DNA from: Breznakia sp. PF5-3
GTDB taxonomy: Bacteria; Bacillota_I; Bacilli_A; Erysipelotrichales; Erysipelotrichaceae
Direction: 5' to 3'
Length of the DNA: 32,000 nt
Assembly: GCF_029504745.1 (NCBI RefSeq)
Contig: NZ_JAQFIQ010000029.1
Span: 1 to 32,000 of the forward strand
The notes under the pieces are model-generated. The model saw only the letters and a program-made list of their open reading frames with translations. It ran no database searches and had not been told where the DNA came from. Position numbers and translations under genes: made by a program. Position 1 is the stretch's first letter. Each line of letters begins with the position of its first letter. This document shows positions 26,566 to 32,000 of this stretch, piece by piece.

Positions 26566-28182
26566 TTATATACTTAAAATGTCTGTAACTTCTTGAAGGT
26601 CTTTCTTCCCAAAATAAATTTCTTTATCATCAATGATCATACATGGAACACTCATGATATTATACTTTTCTTTGATCTTGGGAAAATGTGATAAGTCATA
26701 CATTTCAGCTGTTATATTTTCATTTTCAATAGCAACTCTTTGAGTTGCCATAACTACATCAGGACACATCGTACATGATAATGATACCATCACTTTAATA
26801 TTCTTAGGCTTTTCAATCTTTTTGATTTTATCTAAAATAGTTTCTTCAATGGTTTGCTTTGGACCGATGGCATTGTAAAGTGCGATTACAAAGGAATTAA
26901 ATTCATGACCTCCAGGTACAGCATGATATTTTATACGTAAGTCTTTATTATTTTCATCAAATAAACTGATTGCTGGTTCACCTTGTTCAATCATAACCGT
27001 TTCATAAGATAACTTGTCACTCAATGAAGTGAATTCTTTTGTGAATTCAACAATTTCTTTTGATAATTCATCATCCATAATGAAACATTTTAAAATTGCC
27101 TTATGAGTAAATTTTTCTAAAATGGGAATTAATTGCTTTTTCATATCATTTGAGATAAAAATTGAATCGGATGCTTCTTCAGATGTCTCAGTTGATGTAC
27201 TATTAATAGGTGCTGAAATACTTCTAGTCGTTAAGTTTAGTTGGTCCACTACCCCTGGTATATATTTCTCCAATGATGTGGAAGCAATAGCTCCATCAGA
27301 AACGGCAGTTGTGACTTGACGTAGGTTCTTAATACATACATCACCAGCTCCATATACGCCATCTAAGCTTGTTTTTTGGTTCACATCTGTAACTAAGTAT
27401 CCTTGTTCATTTGTGCTCACCTGTGTCTTAAATAATGCGGTTGCGGGTTCATAGCCAGCAAAGACGAAAATACCAAAAGTTTTATTATCTTGTGCTTCAT
27501 GTTGCCATTCTTTTTTTGTTTCATTGTTTCTGAAGATAGCTTTCTTTAATTGTGCATCACCGCTAGCAGAAAGAATTTCAGTATTGTAATGGATATCAAT
27601 ATTTGGATGTGATTTAACTTCATCAGCAATTGATTTTGCACAAGTGAAGTCAGGTTCACGAACGATCATTGTAACTTTACTAGCATACTTGGTAAGAAAG
27701 ATTGCTTCTTCTGCTGCAGCAAAGCCACCACCAATGACAAAGACATCGAGACCACTAAAAAATTCTCCATCACAAGTTGCACAATAGGCAACCCCTCTTC
27801 CTCGAAATTCTTTTTCGCCTGTAAAGCCAATCATTCTAGGACTGGCACCAGTGGCTAAGATAACACCAACACTTTGATAGGTTCCTTTATCCGTTTTAAT
27901 AGTTTTTATCTTTTTATTTAAAGATAAATCATTAACTTCAGCGATTTTAAACTCAGCGCCAAAGTTTTGTGCTTGTATGCGCATTTGCTCAGTAAGTTCT
28001 TTGCCACTTGTCTTCACAATTCCTGGATAATTTACAACCTCAGAAGTAATTGTAATCTGTCCACCTATCGTATCTTTCTCTATCACCAGCACACTAAATT
28101 GAGCACGAGCCATATAAATAGCGGCAGAGAGACCTGCTGGTCCTCCACCGATAATTATGACATCATATATGTCTTTCTTCAT
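26566..28182 (-). CDS. AhpF-like NAD(P)H peroxiredoxin reductase with permuted domain order (TrxR-like module N-terminal, AhpF-NTD-like double thioredoxin fold C-terminal)
   Basis: 538 aa; GGGPAGLSAAIY FAD motif, CATC redox centre (Cys134/137), GGGFAAAEEA NAD(P)H motif. The C-terminal approximately 200 aa carry HAVPGGHEFNS and SLSCTMCPDVV (Cys470/473), as in the AhpF N-terminal domain. Located 1 nt downstream of ahpC. Confidence 0.8.
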   Translation of the reverse strand: MKKDIYDVIIIGGGPAGLSAAIYMARAQFSVLVIEKDTIGGQITITSEVVNYPGIVKTSGKELTEQMRIQAQNFGAEFKIAEVNDLSLNKKIKTIKTDKGTYQSVGVILATGASPRMIGFTGEKEFRGRGVAYCATCDGEFFSGLDVFVIGGGFAAAEEAIFLTKYASKVTMIVREPDFTCAKSIADEVKSHPNIDIHYNTEILSASGDAQLKKAIFRNNETKKEWQHEAQDNKTFGIFVFAGYEPATALFKTQVSTNEQGYLVTDVNQKTSLDGVYGAGDVCIKNLRQVTTAVSDGAIASTSLEKYIPGVVDQLNLTTRSISAPINSTSTETSEEASDSIFISNDMKKQLIPILEKFTHKAILKCFIMDDELSKEIVEFTKEFTSLSDKLSYETVMIEQGEPAISLFDENNKDLRIKYHAVPGGHEFNSFVIALYNAIGPKQTIEETILDKIKKIEKPKNIKVMVSLSCTMCPDVVMATQRVAIENENITAEMYDLSHFPKIKEKYNIMSVPCMIIDDKEIYFGKKDLQEVTDILSI

Positions 28183-28183
28183 A

Positions 28184-28747
28184 CTAAATTAGACCAACTA
28201 AATCAAGTGATGGCTTTAACGTTTTTTCTCCTGGTTTCCATTTTGCAGGACAGACTTCATCCCCGTTTTCATAAACGAATTGCGAAGCTTGTACTCTTCT
28301 TAATAATTCATCTGCATTTCTACCCACATTACCAGCAATAACTTCATAAGCAACAATCTTTCCTTCAGGATTAACAATAAAGCTACCACGTTCAGCTAAT
28401 CCATCTGCTTCAATATATACATCAAAATCTTTTGCTAATGTTGCAGTTGGATCTGCTAACATAGGATAGTTAATTTTTTGAATTGTTTTTGATGTATCGT
28501 GCCATGCTTTGTGCACAAAATGAGTATCACAAGATACAGAATAAATTTCACAGTTGATGTTTTTAAATTCTTCATACTTTTCAGCAAGATCTTCTAACTC
28601 AGTTGGACAAACAAAGGTAAAATCAGCAGGGTAGAAGAAAAATACACTCCATTTCCCAAGCACATCTTTTTTACTGACTTCTTTAAAATCTCCATCTGCG
28701 AATGCTTGTACTTTAAAATCACTTATTTCTTTTCCGATTAATGACAT
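28184..28747 (-). CDS. ahpC: Alkyl hydroperoxide reductase subunit C (typical 2-Cys peroxiredoxin)
   Basis: 187 aa; FTFVCPTEL peroxidatic Cys motif and C-terminal EVCPAKW resolving Cys motif; GAGGAGG SD. Confidence 0.95.
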   Translation of the reverse strand: MSLIGKEISDFKVQAFADGDFKEVSKKDVLGKWSVFFFYPADFTFVCPTELEDLAEKYEEFKNINCEIYSVSCDTHFVHKAWHDTSKTIQKINYPMLADPTATLAKDFDVYIEADGLAERGSFIVNPEGKIVAYEVIAGNVGRNADELLRRVQASQFVYENGDEVCPAKWKPGEKTLKPSLDLVGLI

Positions 28748-28793
28748 AATATTCCTCCTCTAATAAATTAATATATAATATTGTCATACATTT

Positions 28794-28809
28794 GTTAGTT
28801 TTGACTAAC
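28794..28809 (-). promoter_or_regulatory. Palindromic candidate operator in the ahpC promoter region
   Basis: GTTAGT-tttg-ACTAAC perfect 6-bp arms, 2 nt downstream (minus-strand sense) of a TATAAT (28817-28812). Confidence 0.3.
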
Positions 28810-28858
28810 TTATTATATATGGTAACATCATTAAAAATAGAAGACAAAAGCTTTGACC

Positions 28859-28883
28859 ATAAAAAAAGCAGGCATTTGCCTGC
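28859..28883 (-). terminator. Rho-independent terminator (minus strand)
   Basis: GCAGGC (28868-28873) / GCCTGC (28878-28883), with a plus-strand A-run (28861-28867) that reads as a T-run on the minus strand; 8 nt after the stop of the 28891-29154 gene. Confidence 0.7.
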
Positions 28884-28890
28884 AATGTGA

Positions 28891-29154
28891 TTATCTAGGT
28901 TTGTTTTTATTTTCATTCCAATAATTTTTAACTTCATTCAAATCAAGATAAATTTTATCATTTGTTCTAAAATCTAAAATTTTACTAAAGAAGAATTCTC
29001 CTTCATTAAAACTTTCATAGATCATCAATGTTTTTCCATCATTTTTCAAAGTCCATTTCCCATCTTGGTTACTTACTTTAATGTTTTTAAGTTTTACATT
29101 GATCATCTTTCCGTTTTTGTCATCACCTGTTCTGTAAACTAAATATTTTTTCAT
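28891..29154 (-). CDS. Small hypothetical protein (87 aa, predicted beta-rich, no signal peptide)
   Basis: ORF with strong GAGGAGGAAAAGG SD (29161-29170) upstream of ATG 29154 and its own terminator. The track TTG 29172 lies upstream of the SD. No family recognised. Confidence 0.5.
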   Translation of the reverse strand: MKKYLVYRTGDDKNGKMINVKLKNIKVSNQDGKWTLKNDGKTLMIYESFNEGEFFFSKILDFRTNDKIYLDLNEVKNYWNENKNKPR

Positions 29155-29347
29155 AATCCTTTTCCTCCTCAAGTGTTTAACTTTACAATCCTATTATAGC
29201 ACTTGTATAAAAAGAAGAAAGGAATATGCACGTAAAGAAATGATAGTAAATCATTGTTATTTAAAGGGTATTTATCATATGACAAAAACTTTTGACAGAC
29301 AATTATTAATATTATGATACGATAAAGATAGAGAGGAGGATAAACTC

Positions 29348-29743
29348 ATGGATATAGCAAAAAAGTTACAAAGATATCGTGAAGATAAAAGCCTAACTCA
29401 AGAGCAGGTTGCTGAAAATATTCATTGCTCAAGACAGACAATATCTAATTGGGAAACGGGAAAGAGTTTACCTGATATTACTAGTATTGTATTATTGAGT
29501 ACATTATATGAGGTATCTTTAGATGAAATGCTGAAAGGAGATTCAATTATGTTACATCATATGCAAGAAGAATTAAAGAAATTAGAAATATCGAATTATA
29601 CAAAAAAGACAAATAAGCGCTTTGTGAATTTCCAAAAGAACTTTACCAAGGGTTGGAAGATTGATTGGATTTCGATTGTTGGATATACATTGTTTATGCT
29701 TGTCCTCTATACAGCGATTATACTCTTCTTTATAAATAGATAA
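29348..29743 (+). CDS. XRE-family HTH transcriptional regulator with C-terminal transmembrane anchor
   Basis: 131 aa; LTQEQVAENIHCSRQTISNWETGKSLPD HTH_3 motif; C-terminal hydrophobic segment IVGYTLFMLVLYTAIILFFI; GAGGAGG SD. Confidence 0.8.
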   Translation: MDIAKKLQRYREDKSLTQEQVAENIHCSRQTISNWETGKSLPDITSIVLLSTLYEVSLDEMLKGDSIMLHHMQEELKKLEISNYTKKTNKRFVNFQKNFTKGWKIDWISIVGYTLFMLVLYTAIILFFINR

Positions 29744-29766
29744 TTACTAGAATATATTTACAAAAC

Positions 29767-29795
29767 AAAAAAGACTTTATAACAAAGTCTTTTTC
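29767..29795. terminator. Bidirectional hairpin terminator (XRE gene on +, tRNA pair on -)
   Basis: AAAGACTTT (29770-29778) / AAAGTCTTT (29784-29792), flanked by an A-run upstream and a T-run downstream. Confidence 0.65.
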
Positions 29796-29804
29796 TTACT
29801 ATAT

Positions 29805-29880
29805 TGGTGGAGCTTAGCGGGATCGAACCGCTGACCTCCTGCGTGCAAGGCAGGCGCTCTCCCAGCTGAGCTAAAACCCC
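29805..29880 (-). tRNA. tRNA-Ala (anticodon UGC), CCA encoded
   Basis: The reverse complement GGGGTTTTAGCTCAGCTGGGAGAGCGCCTGCCTTGCACGCAGGAGGTCAGCGGTTCGATCCCGCTAAGCTCCACCA folds as a cloverleaf with a CTTGCAC anticodon loop and the G3:U70 Ala identity pair. Confidence 0.95.
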
Positions 29881-29903
29881 ATGTATATAGAATTCGATTT
29901 AAA

Positions 29904-29980
<77 letters not shown>

Positions 29981-30003
29981 AACTATTCATCGAATGCCTA
30001 TTA

Positions 30004-30032
30004 ATAATATCATGTTAGGGCTTGCGTGTCAA
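30004..30032 (-). promoter_or_regulatory. Strong sigma-A promoter for the tRNA-Ile/tRNA-Ala pair
   Basis: On the minus strand: TTGACA (30032-30027), 17 nt, TATTAT (30009-30004); about 23 nt upstream of the mature tRNA-Ile 5' end. Confidence 0.65.
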
Positions 30033-30044
30033 CAATTAAAAAGT

Positions 30045-30077
30045 AAAAAATATACCTTTTTTATCGGTATATTTTTT
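30045..30077 (-). terminator. Rho-independent terminator of the PadR-DUF1700-DUF4097 operon
   Basis: AAAATATACC / GGTATATTTT stem (30047-30056 / 30066-30075), flanked by A/T runs, 5 nt after the stop codon at 30082. Confidence 0.6.
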
Positions 30078-30081
30078 GGTT

Positions 30082-30894
30082 TTATTTATTGAAAAATACG
30101 TTTATTTCACCAAGGTCTGCATCGGCTTTCAACAAGCGTTTTCCACCATTATTATCCTTGTGTGAATGATAAGAGTTACCACCAATACTGATTTCTCCTA
30201 AATCAGTATCTAAACTGTATCCATAATCATCAATACTTCCAGCTAATGTAATATCAATACTACCTAAATTATTAGTGATTACTAGACTTTCTTTGAAGTC
30301 CCCACTGAATTCAGCATCTCCTAAATCAAGGTCTAACTTTCCAGTTTTAACTTTGATGTTTTTTGCTTCTAGACTTCCTAAATTTAAAGATAATGAAAGA
30401 TTATCAATAGAAATATCATTCATTTCAACATTTCCTAAGTCAGCATCTACCTCAAGAGATTTACAGCTTTTAGGAACATATATTGTGATTTTTCGTTCGT
30501 ATGAATCATCATCCCAAAAAGTAAAAGGGAAGATAACAATTTCTTGATTTCCAGTAGATAGTGAGATATCACCATCATTGTCTTTAAACTCTATAGCTTT
30601 TACATCATAGTTTTTTACTTCGATAGAAAATTTATCCGCTTCTTTAATATATACCTCTCCAGCATCTGCTTCAATATTAATTGATTTAACACTACTTTTT
30701 GTAGTATATGTTTTTGAATCTCTGAAATTTTTTCCATCTGACCAACCAGTGGTTGATACAGGTCCAAGCCTATATTGTTTTGCATAAATCATACCACCTT
30801 GAGAAATACCAATTGTAGTGATTACAATACCTACAAGGATAAAGATAGCAGAGATTAGCATAAGGCTTCTCATTGGTTTTTTTCTGTTTCTCAT
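30082..30894 (-). CDS. DUF4097-family (LiaG-like) beta-strand-repeat protein with N-terminal membrane anchor
   Basis: 270 aa; N-terminal TM (LMLISAIFILVGIVITTIGI), then repeated D/N-L-G-x-(I/V/A)-E strands (DADLGNVEM, LNLGSLEA, LDLGDAEF, NNLGSIDI, TDLGEISI, ADLGEINV). GGAGGG SD. Confidence 0.75.
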   Translation of the reverse strand: MRNRKKPMRSLMLISAIFILVGIVITTIGISQGGMIYAKQYRLGPVSTTGWSDGKNFRDSKTYTTKSSVKSINIEADAGEVYIKEADKFSIEVKNYDVKAIEFKDNDGDISLSTGNQEIVIFPFTFWDDDSYERKITIYVPKSCKSLEVDADLGNVEMNDISIDNLSLSLNLGSLEAKNIKVKTGKLDLDLGDAEFSGDFKESLVITNNLGSIDITLAGSIDDYGYSLDTDLGEISIGGNSYHSHKDNNGGKRLLKADADLGEINVFFNK

Positions 30895-30908
30895 ATCAAT
30901 CCCTCCTT

Positions 30909-31565
30909 TTATGATTGTGCTGCATATGGTCTTCTATGGCTAAAACGGTTAAATAAGTTACTTACACAACGAATAGCCCAAGGTACAAATCTAGTAATTG
31001 CCATTGATAATGCTGCTAGTAAAAGCAACCCAACACCTAGTAGTATAAAAGATACACCAAGCGCTGTTATCCCTGCCATAAAATTAGTACCTAATAAGAC
31101 AAAGCTACTAATAAAAGATGGTATAGCAACAATAATTAATGCTATTGTGCATGCAATTCCTGCAACAATAAGTGATGCTATTACAATGAAGAATGCTAAT
31201 ACGAGTAAAAATACTGCAAGCACTAGTGGTAAAGCAATTGGCAAAGCAAAAATCCCTAGAACAATAATCCATAATGCTTTCAAATCTTTACCATTAGAAC
31301 GTTGGTGATAATATGGATTATTACTCTCATTATTATTGGTATTTTGTTTTGATTGATTTTTCTTAATTGTTGATTCTGCACGAATGGTAGCAGCTAATTT
31401 TTGAGGAGAACCCAATTCGTCGATAACTTTTTGCTCGTTCTCTTCTCCTGCTTCATCAAAGTATTCTTCAACATAATGAATGGCATCTTCGAATTCTTCT
31501 TTTTGCAAATCACGTAGATGATATGCTAGATCACGCATATAGTCTTTTCTATTATATTTATTCAT
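30909..31565 (-). CDS. DUF1700-family membrane protein (PadR-associated signalling-type protein)
   Basis: MNKYNRKDYMRDLAYHLRDL..EE.EDAI.YVEEYF N-terminal helical domain typical of DUF1700, an Asn-rich linker and a C-terminal multi-TM region. ATG 31565 follows GGAGGGAGG and overlaps the PadR stop by 8 nt. Confidence 0.7.
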   Translation of the reverse strand: MNKYNRKDYMRDLAYHLRDLQKEEFEDAIHYVEEYFDEAGEENEQKVIDELGSPQKLAATIRAESTIKKNQSKQNTNNNESNNPYYHQRSNGKDLKALWIIVLGIFALPIALPLVLAVFLLVLAFFIVIASLIVAGIACTIALIIVAIPSFISSFVLLGTNFMAGITALGVSFILLGVGLLLLAALSMAITRFVPWAIRCVSNLFNRFSHRRPYAAQS

Positions 31566-31878
31566 GTTGTTTTCCTCCCTCCATAATAGTATTAATACGT
31601 TCATAAAAGTCTTTCCAGGCTTCTAAATATAAATAATATTGTTCTTTCCCTTGTTCGGTCAAAGAGTAGTAACGTCGATTTCTGCCCTCATGTTGTTGGT
31701 CATATGTTTGTAGATAGCCTTCTTTTGTCAACCGACGTAAGACAGGATATAAAGTTGATTCTGACACATCCATTACTTCTTTAACTTCTTGTGTGAGCTT
31801 ATATCCATATGCATCTTCTTTACGTAATATTGACAATACGCAAGCATCTAATAATGATGATCCTAATTGAAATAACAC
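31558..31878 (-). CDS. PadR-family transcriptional regulator
   Basis: 106 aa; LDACVLSIL..EDAYGYKL......STLYPVLRRL.KEGYL......EGR.RRYYSLT..G motif pattern. GTG start 7 nt after GGGAG. Confidence 0.88.
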   Translation of the reverse strand: MLFQLGSSLLDACVLSILRKEDAYGYKLTQEVKEVMDVSESTLYPVLRRLTKEGYLQTYDQQHEGRNRRYYSLTEQGKEQYYLYLEAWKDFYERINTIMEGGKQHE

Positions 31879-31895
31879 ATAATCACTCCCTTCAT

Positions 31896-31928
31896 ACTAT
31901 ATTATACGTCATATAATATAGTTGTCAA
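31896..31928 (-). promoter_or_regulatory. Promoter of the PadR operon overlapped by a 27-bp palindromic operator
   Basis: Minus strand: TTGACA (31928-31923), 16 nt, TATAAT (31906-31901). A perfect 11-bp inverted repeat ACTATATTATA (31896-31906) / TATAATATAGT (31912-31922) covers the -10 and the spacer. Confidence 0.5.
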
Positions 31929-32000
31929 TACAATAATGTATATTTTTTATTAAATATGTAAATTTCATTGTGAAGGAAGAACGTTATAAATAAAAAAGAG

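Noticed and set aside
28770-28782. AT-only palindrome AATAT-ata-ATATT in the ahpC 5' UTR, considered as a PerR/Fur-type box.
   Set aside because: It does not match the 7-1-7 PerR/Fur consensus as I remember it, and short A/T palindromes are expected by chance in this composition. The GTTAGT/ACTAAC dyad is the more specific signal.
28719-28937. 72-aa minus-strand ORF overlapping the ahpC start, its promoter, and the terminator and 3' end of the upstream small gene.
   Set aside because: It crosses a rho-independent terminator and a promoter, overlaps two better-supported genes and has no SD.
29155-29347. A canonical promoter for the XRE gene, TTGACA (29292-29297) with TATGAT.
   Set aside because: The spacer to the best -10 (TATGAT, 29313-29318) is only 15 nt, and alternative -10 hexamers are poor. 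It is left as an uncertain promoter region rather than an annotated feature.

Overview
This window comes from a low-GC Bacillota-type chromosome using genetic code 11. Positions 1-14.8 kb hold an uninterrupted S10-spc-alpha ribosomal-protein cluster, rpsJ through rplQ, including secY, adk, map, infA and rpmJ. rpmJ is absent from the ORF track and was found by hand. rpmD (L30) is missing from its usual slot. The conserved Bacillota continuation (ecfA1-ecfA2-ecfT-truA-rplM-rpsI) is present but interrupted twice. A five-gene insertion follows rplQ: an ArsP_2-like permease, a CapA-like lipoprotein, an O-methyltransferase, an RraB-like membrane protein and a small membrane protein. A HisJ-type PHP phosphatase sits before rplM. 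Downstream of rpsI (23.7-32 kb) is a visibly more AT-rich accessory stretch. It contains a VanZ-like protein and a BmrR-type MerR/GyrI regulator. A textbook 19-bp-spacer dyad promoter follows the regulator and faces an uncharacterised BtrH-N/papain-fold protein. Next come ahpC and a circularly permuted AhpF, then a small protein divergent from a membrane-anchored XRE regulator. An rRNA-less tRNA-Ile(GAU)/tRNA-Ala(UGC) pair has its own consensus promoter. The window ends with a PadR-DUF1700-DUF4097 envelope-signalling operon carrying a 27-bp palindromic operator. No CRISPR array, transposase, integrase or recognised defence system was seen. The best candidates for undescribed biology are the MerR-controlled BtrH-like module, the PadR/DUF1700/DUF4097 operon, the permuted AhpF, and matching Arg/Asn-rich extensions on S3 and S5. 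All functional calls rest on motif recognition by eye; no database search was run.
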